Positions 1-10,916 of a stretch of DNA of 64,000 bases are shown in pieces. Where the stretch lies: assembly GCA_963744145.1 (NCBI GenBank), contig CAVUSO010000001.1:6144001-6208000 (forward strand), written 5' to 3'. Under the pieces are notes generated by a model. That model did not search any database. It saw only the letters and a list, made by a program, of their open reading frames with translations, and was not told where the DNA came from. This stretch comes from an uncultured cyanobacterium (lineage in GTDB: Bacteria; Cyanobacteriota; Cyanobacteriia; Cyanobacteriales; CAWUOF01). Numbering within the stretch: the first letter of the stretch is position 1; the number at the start of each line of letters is the position of its first letter. The translations under genes and the position numbers were made by a program.

Positions 1-1
1 C

Positions 2-799
2 TGTTTAGCAGCTTTAGCAGATGAGGAAAAGTTATTAACTGAGCTGTTTCAATATCGATTTCGGGCAGGAAATGGCTTAATTGGTCACAGTTTTGGTAAC
101 TTGTTTCTGACGGCAATGAGTGATATTACTGGGGATCTCGAACAAGCGATCGCTGCGAGTTCCCAAGTATTAGCTGTACGTGGTCGAGTTTTGCCTGCTA
201 CCCTAAGTGATGTACGTCTCTGGGCAGAATTAGCTGATGGTCGTCGGATTGATGGTGAATCAAGTATTACCGAAGCTGGGGGCAAAATTATTAAAATTGG
301 CTGTAATCCCGCTGACCCACCAGCTTTACCCGCAGTCTTACAAGCCATCTATGAAGCTGATTTGATTATTATTGGACCGGGGAGTTTATATACGAGTGTG
401 ATTCCCAATTTGCTTGTCCCGGAAATTACTGCGGCGATCGCTGCGGCTTCGAGTCCTAGTATCTATGTCTGTAATATTATGACTCAACCGGGAGAAACTC
501 AAGGATATAGTGTCGCTGACCATATTCGGGCAATTGATCATGCTTGTGGTAAGAATTTATTTAGTGCTGTTTTAGTGCAAAGTAAAGTTCCCTCGGCTAA
601 AGCTTTAATTCGCTATGCTCAAGATAGTTCTAATCCCGTTTTTTTAGATCAAGAAGAAGTGGTAAAATTGGGTCGTGAAGTGGTTTTAGCTAATGTGATG
701 GATGAAGATGAAAACACAGGTTTAGTCCGTCACAATTCCCAGCGATTAGCACGGATGTTATTACGTTGGTATAGTCGGGTTCAAGGTTTATCCCATTGA
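2..799 (+). CDS. YvcK/CofD-like gluconeogenesis factor family protein (5' end outside window)
   Basis: Frame is open from base 2 (…[12 protein letters not shown]…); carries the family motifs [15 protein letters not shown] and [12 protein letters not shown]. Confidence 0.9.
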   Translation, partial: CLAALADEEKLLTELFQYRFRAGNGLIGHSFGNLFLTAMSDITGDLEQAIAASSQVLAVRGRVLPATLSDVRLWAELADGRRIDGESSITEAGGKIIKIGCNPADPPALPAVLQAIYEADLIIIGPGSLYTSVIPNLLVPEITAAIAAASSPSIYVCNIMTQPGETQGYSVADHIRAIDHACGKNLFSAVLVQSKVPSAKALIRYAQDSSNPVFLDQEEVVKLGREVVLANVMDEDENTGLVRHNSQRLARMLLRWYSRVQGLSH

Positions 800-1287
800 C
801 AACGGATTTTCAAATTGTTCTTGCTACTCCCTCCGCTACTCTAGCTCTTGGTCAAACTTTGGGGCGATCACTATCTGCGGGTAGTGTAATCTTATTATTA
901 GGTGAGTTAGGTAGTGGTAAAACGACTTTGGTGCAAGGGTTAGGTGCTAGTCTGGGGATTAATGATCCGATTGTTAGTCCGACTTTTACCATTATTAATG
1001 AATATCTCGAAGGACGTTTACCCTTATATCATCTAGATTTATATCGATTAGCACCACCAGAAGTAATGGATTTACACCTCGAAACCTATTGGTCAGGAAT
1101 TGAGGTAGTCCCGGGAATTATCACCATTGAATGGGCTGAAAAATTACTGGAACGACCTGAAAGTTATTTGGTGGTTAAGTTAAGCTATACTGAGCAGGGC
1201 GATCGCTTGGCTCATTTTACTGCTATTGGTGATCGAGCAGTCAAGATGCTCCAAACTGTAAAGCTTGACCACGCACAGCATGATTAA
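796..1287 (+). CDS. tsaE: tRNA threonylcarbamoyladenosine biosynthesis ATPase TsaE
   Basis: Walker [21 protein letters not shown] and IEWAE motifs; TTG start overlaps the upstream stop. Confidence 0.93.
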   Translation: MTTDFQIVLATPSATLALGQTLGRSLSAGSVILLLGELGSGKTTLVQGLGASLGINDPIVSPTFTIINEYLEGRLPLYHLDLYRLAPPEVMDLHLETYWSGIEVVPGIITIEWAEKLLERPESYLVVKLSYTEQGDRLAHFTAIGDRAVKMLQTVKLDHAQHD

Positions 1288-2575
1288 GTTTACCATGATC
1301 GTAGACAATTTGACCGCCGACGATCGTAATTACTGGCCATCCAGTTAAATTCCACCCCTCAAACGGACTCCAACCACATTTAGTTAATAATTCTGCTCTT
1401 AATACCGGACGGTAGTTGTTTAAATCTACCAAAACCAGATCCGCATCATAACCGGGCGCGATCACTCCTTTGTCAGGAATTTGATATGCTTTTGCTACAG
1501 CAGAAGACATCCAATGAGCTACTTGGGCGATCGTACATCGACCTTGGTCAGCTTGTGTTAACATTAGAGGTAAAGATGTTTCTACTCCGGGCATTCCTGA
1601 AGGACTCTGGGGATAGGGTTGGGCTTTTTCGCTCAGAGTATGAGGTGCATGATCGGTAGCGATGAAGTCAATGATACCATCTTGTAAAGCTTGCCAGAGC
1701 AGTTGATTATCTTCTGGCGATCGCAAAGGTGGATTCATTTGGGCTAAAGTCCCAATCTGATCATAGGCGTTTATATTTAACAATAAATGTTGGGGGGTTA
1801 CTTCTGCGGTTACCCAACTTGGTTTATCCTGGCGCAAGAGTTCGGTTTCCTCACCAGTAGACAAGTGTAAAATATGTAATCTTCTATGATATTTTTTAGA
1901 TAATTCTAGAGCTAACTGAGTAGCTTGTAAGGCTGCTTGATTGTCTTGAATTTGGGAATGTAGTTTTGGGTCATTGACTGATCCAAATAATTCTCTTCGT
2001 TCCTTAATCCGAGTTTGGTCTTCCGCATGGACAGCGATCAAGCGATCGCCCGATGCAAAGATTGCTTCTAGTACCTCTTTCTGATCCACTAATAAGGGAC
2101 CGTGCATCGACCCCATAAAAATTTTAATTCCAGGAGTGGGATGAGCTGCTAATAAATCGGGCAGATTTTCCCCAGTTGCTCCAATAAAAAAGCCATAATT
2201 TACTAAACATTTAGCTGCTGCCCGTTGTAGCTTATCATCTAAATTAGCTTGTGTGGTAGTGAGAGGTTTAGTATTGGGCATCTCTAGAAAAGAAGTCACC
2301 CCACCTTTAGCACAAGCACAACTAGCGGTAAATAAGTCTTCCTTATATTCCAGTCCGGGTTCACGGAAATGTACCTGTGGATCAATCACCCCAGGCAACA
2401 AAGTCAAACTAGATGCGTCTATTTCTATGTGAGGAGTTTTTACTTCTTCATCAGTTATTGTCGGAGTAACCTGGATGATTTTATGACCGTAAGTTTGCAC
2501 ATCCCCAACTAAAAATTCACCACTGGGTAATAAAATACGGGCACCACGGATTAGTAAGTAGGGAGGAGAAGACAT
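1241..2575 (-). CDS. pyrC: Dihydroorotase / cyclic amidohydrolase
   Basis: PGVIDPQVHFREPG, EVTPQHL, MNPPLR and ATDHAPH motifs. Confidence 0.85.
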   Translation of the reverse strand: MSSPPYLLIRGARILLPSGEFLVGDVQTYGHKIIQVTPTITDEEVKTPHIEIDASSLTLLPGVIDPQVHFREPGLEYKEDLFTASCACAKGGVTSFLEMPNTKPLTTTQANLDDKLQRAAAKCLVNYGFFIGATGENLPDLLAAHPTPGIKIFMGSMHGPLLVDQKEVLEAIFASGDRLIAVHAEDQTRIKERRELFGSVNDPKLHSQIQDNQAALQATQLALELSKKYHRRLHILHLSTGEETELLRQDKPSWVTAEVTPQHLLLNINAYDQIGTLAQMNPPLRSPEDNQLLWQALQDGIIDFIATDHAPHTLSEKAQPYPQSPSGMPGVETSLPLMLTQADQGRCTIAQVAHWMSSAVAKAYQIPDKGVIAPGYDADLVLVDLNNYRPVLRAELLTKCGWSPFEGWNLTGWPVITIVGGQIVYDHGKLNHAVRGQALQFGAS

Positions 2576-2725
2576 AGCAACCAGAATAACTACAATGTTC
2601 GGATCATAACCAAATTTTGGGAAAATCTTTGTGCTGATCGGTGAGTTCTAAATAACGACTCTTTCCGGAATCAACCCGTTGATTAAGCTTTATAATCTAT
2701 AACCAACAACCGTCATTAGACAACT

Positions 2726-3321
2726 ATGTCCCTTGTGCAGCAAATGTCAGATAAACATCCCAGTCGAGACTCAGAAAATCCGTGGATAGAAGGACTGAAA
2801 ACGATCGGACTCAGTGCTGTTTTCGGTCCTTTGGAATTCGGACTTTTGTGGCTGAAGCTCGTTATATTCCTTCTGGGTCAATGCTACCAACTTTGCAGAT
2901 CAACGACCGTCTGATTGTAGACAAGTTGAGTTATAAGTTTCAACCACCTCAGCGCGGGGACATTGTGGTATTTTCCCCAACCGAAAAACTTCAGCAACAA
3001 AATTTTAAAGATGCGTTTATTAAACGGATCATTGGTCTACCAGGAGACAAAATCGAAGTTAAGGGTGGAAAGGTTTATGTGAACGACAAACCCTTAGAAG
3101 AAAAATATATAGCAGCTTCACCCGAATACCAATATGGTCCAGAAACTGTGCCGCCTAATTCCTACTTAGTTTTAGGAGATAATCGCAACAATAGCTATGA
3201 CAGTCACTACTGGGGATTTGTCCCTCGGGAAGACATCATCGGTCGAGCGATCGTGCGTTTTTGGCCTTTAAATCGCATGGGAGAATTAGATCCAGCACCT
3301 GTCTATCCTAGCAAAAAATAA
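2726..3321 (+). CDS. lepB: Signal peptidase I, split by a frameshift at about 2822-2830
   Basis: N-terminus ([16 protein letters not shown]) is in one frame; [33 protein letters not shown] and [11 protein letters not shown] are in another. Confidence 0.88.
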
Positions 3322-3422
3322 ATAGGTTAGTTGAGTCCCACCAGAAGTTCTGTACTCCCGGATGTTGAAAGCTAAACAGATTGTCAGATTTCTAAGCAGT
3401 GAAAACTTCCGGGGTCGCAGTT

Positions 3423-3641
3423 TTAGCCGTGGGGAATTAAATTCCAGAGGGTTTGAGATAGATTGATAATTTCTGACCAAAGTTGATCTGGCTTGATGCC
3501 AAACATTAACTGTAAGATCAGAACGATTGCAGCGATCGCGATCGCTGTGGTGACTGTAGTTTTTACTACTTTGAGTAACCAGGTAAAAACTAGCCACGAA
3601 ATGATTAAGGCGGCTAGAATAATAATTAAATTCAAAGGCAT
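3423..3641 (-). CDS. Small two-TM membrane protein, hypothetical
   Basis: 72 aa with two hydrophobic stretches; 7 bp downstream of dxr on the same strand. Confidence 0.7.
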   Translation of the reverse strand: MPLNLIIILAALIISWLVFTWLLKVVKTTVTTAIAIAAIVLILQLMFGIKPDQLWSEIINLSQTLWNLIPHG

Positions 3642-3648
3642 ATTTTAA

Positions 3649-4857
3649 TTAACGTCCATCACTTACCAAAGAAATGAGTCGATGGTCGGCTGATAATATC
3701 TTACTTGCTTCTAAAACCGCTTGTCGCGCCCATTGATCGGCTGCAATGATATCTGCTAAAGTTGGCTGGGCACAATTATCCGATTGATGGCGATCGCAAA
3801 CTAACTCAATTACTTTCGGAATATCTAAAAACTGAATTTTTTCTTCTAAAAATAATGCTACTGCTTGTTCGTTTGCTGCATTTAAAACAGCGGGCATAGA
3901 ACCACCAGCCCGACCAGCAGCATAAGCTAACTGCATACAAGGATATTTTTGATGATCTGGTGCCCGAAAAGTGAAATTACCAATTTTGACTAAATTTAGG
4001 GGTTCCCAATTAGTATAAATTCTTTCTGGCCAAGATAGCGCATAAAGTAAAGGTAAACGCATATCGGGCCAACCTAATTGGGCTAAAACTGAAGTATCTT
4101 GCAATTCAATTAACGAGTGAATAATACTCTGAGGATGAATCACGATCTCAATCTGGTCATAATCTAACCCAAACAGAAAATGGGCTTCAATTACTTCTAA
4201 CCCTTTATTCATTAATGTGGCTGAGTCTACGGTAATTTTCCGACCCATTGACCAATTGGGATGTTTGAGAGCATCAGCAACTTTGACTTCAGCTAATTTT
4301 TCGACGGGCCAATCCCGAAAAGCACCACCAGAAGCAGTTAGCAAAATTCGACGTAAACTTCCTGAAGGTATACCCTGTAAACATTGAAAAATTGCCGAAT
4401 GTTCCGAATCGGCTGGTAATAATTTTACCCCAAATTGTTCCACCAAGGGATTAACTACTGGTCCACCCGCAATTAAGGTTTCTTTATTAGCTAAGGCAAT
4501 ATCTTTACCAGCTTTAATTGCTGCGATCGTTGGTAATAACCCAGCACAGCCAACAATTCCAGTGACTACTGCTTCGGCATCACCATAACCAGCCACCTCA
4601 ATTATACCAGCTTGACCGGCGACTAGGATTGGTTGGGGTTCTAGATCAGCGATCGCTTCTTTTAGTTCTGCTAATTTCTCTGCTTGAGCGATCGCCGCAA
4701 TTTCCGGTCGAAACTGTCGAATTTGTTGAGCTAACATCGCAACATTACTACCTGTTGCTAATCCCACGATCCGAAATTGTTGGGGGTATTGAGCCACAAT
4801 ATCCAAAGTTTGAGTCCCAATCGAGCCAGTAGAGCCAAGTAGAGTAATAGCTTTCAC
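3649..4857 (-). CDS. dxr: 1-deoxy-D-xylulose 5-phosphate reductoisomerase
   Basis: [26 protein letters not shown] and [15 protein letters not shown] motifs; GTG start at 4857 preferred. Confidence 0.96.
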   Translation of the reverse strand: MKAITLLGSTGSIGTQTLDIVAQYPQQFRIVGLATGSNVAMLAQQIRQFRPEIAAIAQAEKLAELKEAIADLEPQPILVAGQAGIIEVAGYGDAEAVVTGIVGCAGLLPTIAAIKAGKDIALANKETLIAGGPVVNPLVEQFGVKLLPADSEHSAIFQCLQGIPSGSLRRILLTASGGAFRDWPVEKLAEVKVADALKHPNWSMGRKITVDSATLMNKGLEVIEAHFLFGLDYDQIEIVIHPQSIIHSLIELQDTSVLAQLGWPDMRLPLLYALSWPERIYTNWEPLNLVKIGNFTFRAPDHQKYPCMQLAYAAGRAGGSMPAVLNAANEQAVALFLEEKIQFLDIPKVIELVCDRHQSDNCAQPTLADIIAADQWARQAVLEASKILSADHRLISLVSDGR

Positions 4858-4908
4858 AATGGTTAAAGAATTTAGGGGCAACTCTACTATAAATTGGTTG
4901 AGGTTCAA

Positions 4909-5328
4909 TTATTGACAGCGATCGCAAACTCCTTTGACAGTCACCTCATAACGTTCTGCTTGTAGTCCTGCACGTAATTTGCTTAGATCAACATACTCAA
5001 AGGTATTCCAAGGAATATCTTCGATCGCCCCACAACACCGACAACGGAAATGATGGTGAGGATCAACATTAGCATCATAACGAGATACACCTTCTTCTAG
5101 TAGGACTTCTTGGGCTAATCCCGCTTCTCTCAATGCTTGTAGTGCAGAGTATACTGTTGCTTGAGAAGACATGGGTGCATCTTTATTTAGGTCGAGCAGA
5201 ATTTGCTCAACGGTGGGGTGATCATTTCTCGATAACAAATTCGCATATACAGCAAACCGTTGGGGTGTGACACGCAACCCTTTTGATTTTAAAATTTCTA
5301 CAACTGCATTATATGACTGTCGTGACAT
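4909..5328 (-). CDS. perR: Fur-family peroxide regulator (PerR-like)
   Basis: RVTPQR, HPT, SQATVY, HHHFRCRCCG and CDRC motifs; divergent from a peroxiredoxin. Confidence 0.85.
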   Translation of the reverse strand: MSRQSYNAVVEILKSKGLRVTPQRFAVYANLLSRNDHPTVEQILLDLNKDAPMSSQATVYSALQALREAGLAQEVLLEEGVSRYDANVDPHHHFRCRCCGAIEDIPWNTFEYVDLSKLRAGLQAERYEVTVKGVCDRCQ

Positions 5329-5414
5329 AAGCGTTAGATATAAGGCTTGATGTTAAACTTAATTTTTGGTTTCTCCACGATTATAAACGATTAACTTTGG
5401 GAAGGGCAATGACT

Positions 5415-5480
5415 ATAGAATAATTATCTTAATTAAGTAAATATAACTATTGACTAATTATTATCTTGGAATTATTCTGA
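5415..5480. promoter_or_regulatory. Candidate Per/Fur boxes in the divergent perR-peroxiredoxin promoter
   Basis: AT-rich 7-1-7 imperfect palindromes ATAGAAT-A-ATTATCT (5415-5429) and TTGGAAT-T-ATTCTGA (5466-5480). Confidence 0.5.
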
Positions 5481-5527
5481 TCTATAGTTCTAGTCCGAGA
5501 GTCATTTGTCATTGCTTTGAGGTTCTT

Positions 5528-6100
5528 ATGACCGTTATTACTCATGTTCCTGATGTTGTATTTAAGACCCGCGTTCGTGATGAATCTGTACCTGGACCTA
5601 ATCCCTATCGGTGGCAAGATCTAACTACAAAAGAAATTTTTGGTGGGAAACGAGTGGTATTATTTGCTCTTCCCGGTGCTTTTACCCCAACTTGTTCTTC
5701 GACCCACCTACCCCGATATGAAGAACTGTACGAAGAATTCAAAGCTCAGGGAATTGATCAAATTATCTGTTTATCAGTCAATGATGCTTTTGTGATGTTC
5801 CAGTGGGGTAAACAGCAAGGTGTGAAGAATATATTTTTATTACCAGATGGTAATGGTGAATTTTCGCGCAAAATGGGGATGCTAGTCGATAAATCAAATA
5901 TCGGTTTTGGGCCGCGTTCTTGGCGTTATGCTATGGTAGTCAAGGACGGTGAGATCGAAAAAACCTTTATCGAACCTGGATATGCTGATAACGCCCCATC
6001 TGATCCTTTTGAAGTTTCTGATGCTGATACTGTATTAGCTTATCTCAAAGGTGTACCTCGTGGATCAGCAGTGGCACCTCGGTTAGATTTTGTTGGTTAA
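5528..6100 (+). CDS. Type II peroxiredoxin (Prx5-like)
   Basis: LPGAFTPTCS, SVNDAFVM and RSWRYAM motifs; ATG at 5528 preferred over the ORF-track TTG. Confidence 0.93.
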   Translation: MTVITHVPDVVFKTRVRDESVPGPNPYRWQDLTTKEIFGGKRVVLFALPGAFTPTCSSTHLPRYEELYEEFKAQGIDQIICLSVNDAFVMFQWGKQQGVKNIFLLPDGNGEFSRKMGMLVDKSNIGFGPRSWRYAMVVKDGEIEKTFIEPGYADNAPSDPFEVSDADTVLAYLKGVPRGSAVAPRLDFVG

Positions 6101-6135
6101 ATTTAATTAGGTGTTTTGGTAAATTCTCCTACCTG

Positions 6136-6205
6136 TGTAGGGGTGAAGCATTCGGGCGACAATTGAGCGATCAAACCAGTAATATTATACCCGAATGCTT
6201 CACCC
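6136..6205 (+). repeat. REP-like palindrome (TGTAG lead, 16-bp perfect stem)
   Basis: GGGTGAAGCATTCGGG (6141-6156) pairs with CCCGAATGCTTCACCC (6190-6205); an inverted second copy is at 34251-34344. Confidence 0.85.
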
Positions 6206-6253
6206 TTCTTCTGCCCAGATCCCCAAAAATATTCTTAACTAAACCGTATTGGG

Positions 6254-7453
6254 TCAAAAATCTGGGAACCCCATCGCTCTTAAACCTTCACGTAGCTGTT
6301 GAGCTGAGGGTGATTGCTTTTTTTCATGTCGAGCGATCGCTTGTTTAAAAGCGGTTAAACTAGCAGAAACATTGCCAATTTTCAGCAGTACAACTCCGAG
6401 ATTTTGATAAGCTTCAGCATAGTTAGGATCGAGATTAATTGCTTGTTCGTAGCAAGCGATCGCGTCGGTAAACATGCCCAAGTTTTTGCAAGCCATTCCG
6501 AGATTATAATAACCAGCTACAAATTGGGGATCAATTTCGATCGTTTTTTGATAGGCAAATTTGGCACCATGAAAGTCTCCATTTGCTAGTAATAGATTCC
6601 CTAAATTATTATAGGCACCCAGTTTTAATTGGGGTATTACATCGATTTCAATTGCTTTTTGATATGATAATTGAGCTTTTTTGATTTGTTGAATGCGGTT
6701 ATAAGCAATACCTAAATGATAGTAAAGTTCGTATAAGACTGATGGCTCAAGGGATTGAGGATTATTTAAGCCATTTTCTAATAATTTGATCCCTTTAGCT
6801 ACTTCACCAATTTGGACATATAATGCACCTAATTTGCTACAAGCGTAAGCATCAGTTGGGTGTTTAGCGAGATAACCTTCCATCGTAGTTTGGGCGATCG
6901 TAATCTTATCACGAGCAGCAATCACACTTGGATCATAGCCATAGTGTAAAATTGCTACATCAGTCAGAGTACCGATTTGCCATTCTGGTTCCTGTGCTAA
7001 TAATTTGGATATACTATCATCAACCATTGCATGGTAAGGACGCTCAAAATAGATATTAGGATGATGGCGAAATAACCTCGAAACCAGGGAATAGGGAGAT
7101 TGAGCAGCACCAATTTCATGTCGAACTAAGTTAATTAAAATATGGCGATCGCTTTGCATTGCTAGTCTGATTTGGGGGATAATTTCCGGGACTAATACCT
7201 CATCAGCATCAAGAATCAAAATCCACTCACCTTGAGCATATTTTAAACACTTATTCCGGACTTTAGCAAAATCATTACACCATTTACAGTGATAGACCAT
7301 CGCACCGAAACTTCTGGCAATTTCTGGTGTATGATCGGTAGAGCCAGTATCGAGAATAATCATTTCCTCGACCACATTTTGCACACTACTCAAACATTTG
7401 GAAAGTGAGTTAGCTTCATTTTTCACGATCATACATAGACTGAGTTTGATCAT
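6254..7453 (-). CDS. Glycosyltransferase family 2 with C-terminal TPR repeats
   Basis: LSLCMIVKNE, DTGSTD and LDADE motifs, then TPR-like YNNLG/YYNLG/YQNLG repeats. Confidence 0.9.
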   Translation of the reverse strand: MIKLSLCMIVKNEANSLSKCLSSVQNVVEEMIILDTGSTDHTPEIARSFGAMVYHCKWCNDFAKVRNKCLKYAQGEWILILDADEVLVPEIIPQIRLAMQSDRHILINLVRHEIGAAQSPYSLVSRLFRHHPNIYFERPYHAMVDDSISKLLAQEPEWQIGTLTDVAILHYGYDPSVIAARDKITIAQTTMEGYLAKHPTDAYACSKLGALYVQIGEVAKGIKLLENGLNNPQSLEPSVLYELYYHLGIAYNRIQQIKKAQLSYQKAIEIDVIPQLKLGAYNNLGNLLLANGDFHGAKFAYQKTIEIDPQFVAGYYNLGMACKNLGMFTDAIACYEQAINLDPNYAEAYQNLGVVLLKIGNVSASLTAFKQAIARHEKKQSPSAQQLREGLRAMGFPDF

Positions 7454-7618
7454 AATGGTATGCTATAATCAATGGGCTAACTGATAGTAATGGTAATTGG
7501 AGCAGGGCAATTTTCCTCATTTGATGTGGTGGTTATACTTACCCCAAAAAATGATAAGTTAAGATTTTACCCTAATTGACCAGATTCAGACCTGAAAAAG
7601 CTTCTCGGAGATGTAATA

Positions 7619-8410
7619 ATGCTGGAGTTGTATCAATTTGAACTGTCCCAATACAGTGAAAAAGTGCGGCTGATTCTGGACTATAAAGGACTAGCGTACC
7701 GTAAAATCGAAGTAACGCCAGGAATAGGACAGCTAGAACTTTTACATCTGTCCGGTCAACGGATGGTGCCTGTACTTAAAGATGGTAACCTATTCATTCC
7801 AGATTCGACAGCGATCGCTAAATACCTAGACCAGCATTATCCAGATCGACCCCTACTACCCACCGATGTCAAACAACGAGCATTGTGCTTAATTTTAGAA
7901 GAATGGGCCGATGAGTTGATCGGGACTAAGAGCCGCAAAGTGTTATTGGGTAGTATTAGTCAAGACCAAAATTTCCGGGCTGCTTTATTACCAGCTTCTA
8001 CTCCTGATTTGATCAAAATCTTAGTGCAATCAGTGCCTTCGGACTTACTCACAACTCTGGGTTTAGGTCTCGGTCTTAGTCCAGAATCACTCAAAGGGGC
8101 AAATGAGTCGATTAAACAAGCCTTAGAAGCACTTTGTTTCTTACTCCAAGATAGTCCATATTTAGTTGGAGAGCAACCAACTTTAGCTGATTTTACGGTA
8201 GCAGGGTTATCCCTATTGCTGAAATTTCCTGATGGTCCGTATTTAGATATACCAGAGACCCTTCGGGGTAAAGGTGTGCCCGGTATTGCGGATAACCCTC
8301 TTTATGAACCATTTTTTACTTGGCGCGATCGGCTATATGCTCAGTATCGTCAACCCCTTCCCTCCACTTCCCAGAGTAATTCTGCTCCGACTTCAATTCA
8401 GATAGACTAA
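7619..8410 (+). CDS. Glutathione S-transferase family protein
   Basis: SQYSEKVRLIL, VPVL, DSTAIAKYL and PTLADFTVA motifs. Confidence 0.88.
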   Translation: MLELYQFELSQYSEKVRLILDYKGLAYRKIEVTPGIGQLELLHLSGQRMVPVLKDGNLFIPDSTAIAKYLDQHYPDRPLLPTDVKQRALCLILEEWADELIGTKSRKVLLGSISQDQNFRAALLPASTPDLIKILVQSVPSDLLTTLGLGLGLSPESLKGANESIKQALEALCFLLQDSPYLVGEQPTLADFTVAGLSLLLKFPDGPYLDIPETLRGKGVPGIADNPLYEPFFTWRDRLYAQYRQPLPSTSQSNSAPTSIQID

Positions 8411-8420
8411 TCTTAGCGAT

Positions 8421-8439
8421 CAGCCCCCATGAGGGGCTG
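8421..8439 (+). terminator. Hairpin after the GST gene
   Basis: CAGCCCC-CATGA-GGGGCTG stem 10 bp after the stop; no clear U-tract. Confidence 0.4.
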
Positions 8440-8464
8440 GTGATGATAGGTAAATTAGCATTTA

Positions 8465-8890
8465 GTGATGATCAAAATGTTTTTTTTGGAAAAATTAGCC
8501 AAAAATGTATTGAGAATATTATTAATATTTATCCTGCCATTAATGATTTTAACTAATCCTAATAAAGTGGAATATGTTGTCTTTGCTGGGGCTAAATTTA
8601 AGTTATATGCCCAAGAAGCAATTTGTAATGAAGCTTTATTTAGTCAAGAATGTAATACTATGTTAAGAAATAAATTAGAAACTGAACCTAATTATATTGA
8701 ACAGTTTTTCTTAGAAAAAAGTACCAGAAAAAACTTTTATATATTTAGCATCTATTTAACTAAATTTGATATTGATTTAAAAATTGAAAAATATAAATCT
8801 GTCAAAAGAGCTGATTTTTTATGTATCGGAATTTTGCAAAATTTCGTGATTTTCCAAAAACCGGACTGGGAAGATTTTCCGAGAAATTAA
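8465..8890 (+). CDS. Hypothetical protein (very AT-rich, doubtful)
   Basis: 141-aa ORF with a hydrophobic N-terminus and no recognisable motif. Confidence 0.35.
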   Translation: MMIKMFFLEKLAKNVLRILLIFILPLMILTNPNKVEYVVFAGAKFKLYAQEAICNEALFSQECNTMLRNKLETEPNYIEQFFLEKSTRKNFYIFSIYLTKFDIDLKIEKYKSVKRADFLCIGILQNFVIFQKPDWEDFPRN

Positions 8891-8941
8891 AGCATGATGC
8901 TAAAGATGGTAAAATTCTCTTAGCTTCTTGGAGACTAAATT

Positions 8942-10162
8942 ATGATTGATATAGTCTTAATGATGATGTTAGGGTTTGTGGGAAGTTTTGGTCATTGTCT
9001 GGGAATGTGTGGTCCACTGACAGTAGCGTTTTCCCTATCACAAAACTCAGCAGCAGAAAAAAGATTTTCTCTTAGTTTTAACATTCTCCTCAACTTAGGA
9101 CGGATCATTAGTTATACCTTGGTTGGTGGTGCAATGGGGGGATTAGGTTCAGTATTAATTGCGAGTGGACAAATAGCGGGAATAGGAAGTGAAATTAGAA
9201 GAGCGATCGCCATTCTAACTGGAATTATATTAATCTGGTATAGTTTAATACAAATTAAACCAAAATTTCTGCCAAATCTACCATTTTTACATCCCTTCAC
9301 CCAAGGAAAATGGCGCGATCGCTTGAATAGAGCAATGACAAATCTTGCTAATCAAAACCAGTGGTATACACCAGCTTTATTAGGGATATTTTGGGGTTTA
9401 ATTCCTTGTGGGTTTCTTTATGTCGCTCAAATTAAAGCAGCACAAACTGGTAATCTCTGGTTAGGTGCAGCAACCATGTTAGCTTTTGGATTGGGAACAA
9501 TACCAACTATGCTAGGAGTGGGAATATTAACATCAAAATTAAGTAGTGATGAACGGAGTCAATTATTTCAGGTGGGAGGTTGGATTACCTTAGCGATCGG
9601 GATTCTGACATTAATGAGAACAGAAGAACATATAGATTACATTGGTCATGGCGCTCTACTCTGTTTAATCTTAGCACTAATTGCCCGTCCAATTAGTAGA
9701 ATTTGGTCGTCACTTTTATATTACCGTCGTGTTTGGGGAGTATTAGGATTTTGCTTATGTCTTGCACACACGATTCAGATGATTCAGCATACATTTAAAG
9801 GCAATTTAACCGCTTTATTGTTCATGTTACCACAGCATCAATTGGGAATTATTGCCGGGATCATAGCTTTAACGTTAATGATACCTTTAGTTCTGACTAG
9901 TAGCGATCGCTGGCAAAATTCTTTAGGAACAATCTGGCGCAAAATTCACTTATTAGTAGTACCAGCATTTATTCTAGCGGTAATTCATACCGTGTTAGTC
10001 GGCTCTCATTATCTGGGTGGATTTCAATTAACAGTTAGCAATAAAATCTTCACAATCTTTTTAGGATTTATTACTGTTGGTGTGTTACTATTCCGATTAC
10101 GTTTTGTTTGGCTCATCTTATCTTTGGAGGATTTTTATGCTGCACCGATCAAATCAAAGTAA
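8942..10162 (+). CDS. DsbD_2/TauE-like membrane protein fused to a ferric-reductase-like TM domain
   Basis: HCLGMCG, NLGRIISY, GLIPCGFLY and FGLGT motifs, then YRRVWG…LTS…WRKIHLL…IH. Confidence 0.8.
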   Translation: MIDIVLMMMLGFVGSFGHCLGMCGPLTVAFSLSQNSAAEKRFSLSFNILLNLGRIISYTLVGGAMGGLGSVLIASGQIAGIGSEIRRAIAILTGIILIWYSLIQIKPKFLPNLPFLHPFTQGKWRDRLNRAMTNLANQNQWYTPALLGIFWGLIPCGFLYVAQIKAAQTGNLWLGAATMLAFGLGTIPTMLGVGILTSKLSSDERSQLFQVGGWITLAIGILTLMRTEEHIDYIGHGALLCLILALIARPISRIWSSLLYYRRVWGVLGFCLCLAHTIQMIQHTFKGNLTALLFMLPQHQLGIIAGIIALTLMIPLVLTSSDRWQNSLGTIWRKIHLLVVPAFILAVIHTVLVGSHYLGGFQLTVSNKIFTIFLGFITVGVLLFRLRFVWLILSLEDFYAAPIKSK

Positions 10163-10577
10163 AATTTGGACATTACTATTCTCAATCGGATTTTTAATTT
10201 CTCCAGTTGTTGCCCACGAAATGGAAACTTCCAACGATGTCGGTGTAACTTTTCATATCGATCCAAATCACAATCCTACTGCTGGAATAGCATCCAAAGC
10301 TTGGTTTGCGCTCACTCGTAAAGGTGGTGAAGTTATTCCTTTAGAAAAGTGTGATTGTCATTTAGCAGTCTATCCTGAACCTCACGAAGAAGGTAAAACA
10401 CCACCTTTATTAAAACCAGATCTTTACTCGACCGATGTGGAAAAATATCAAGGTATTCCAGCCGCAGATATCACTTTCCCAAAAGCCGGAACTTATGAAC
10501 TAGAACTAACTGGTGATCCCATAAATAAAGATGATTTTCAACACTTTGAATTCAGCTTTTCTGTTACTGCCCATTAA
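10137..10577 (+). CDS. Secreted hypothetical protein, possibly metal-handling
   Basis: Signal-peptide-like N-terminus followed by AHE; CDC motif; ITFPKAGTYEL; overlaps the end of the upstream gene. Confidence 0.7.
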   Translation: MLHRSNQSKIWTLLFSIGFLISPVVAHEMETSNDVGVTFHIDPNHNPTAGIASKAWFALTRKGGEVIPLEKCDCHLAVYPEPHEEGKTPPLLKPDLYSTDVEKYQGIPAADITFPKAGTYELELTGDPINKDDFQHFEFSFSVTAH

Positions 10578-10916
10578 GGAAATCAAGCCAAGTATTTCGG
10601 CAGATCAGCATTGCCTGGTAGATTTTTTTTTCTTCATTTATTGTTACATAGTTTGTTTTTTTGTGCCTACCTAATTACGGCGGAGATAACAATACTGGAA
10701 AATCAGAAAATATCCATCTCCAAGGTGGCGAATTTGGTTAACATCAGTTTGACGGACTAGACAAAGCTGAAAAAAGCTGAGACTAGATTTGAAGAATTTG
10801 GTCTCAGCCATGCTTGATATTAGATCACGTCCAACTATCACCCAAATATTTTGTGATCTGGACAAAACTGTACATATTTTGATTGCTATAGTCCCAATGA
10901 ATAGAAAAAATTAGAG

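Noticed and set aside
1241..1287. 47-bp convergent overlap of tsaE and the dihydroorotase gene
   Set aside because: Short 3' overlaps are common and involve only non-conserved tails.
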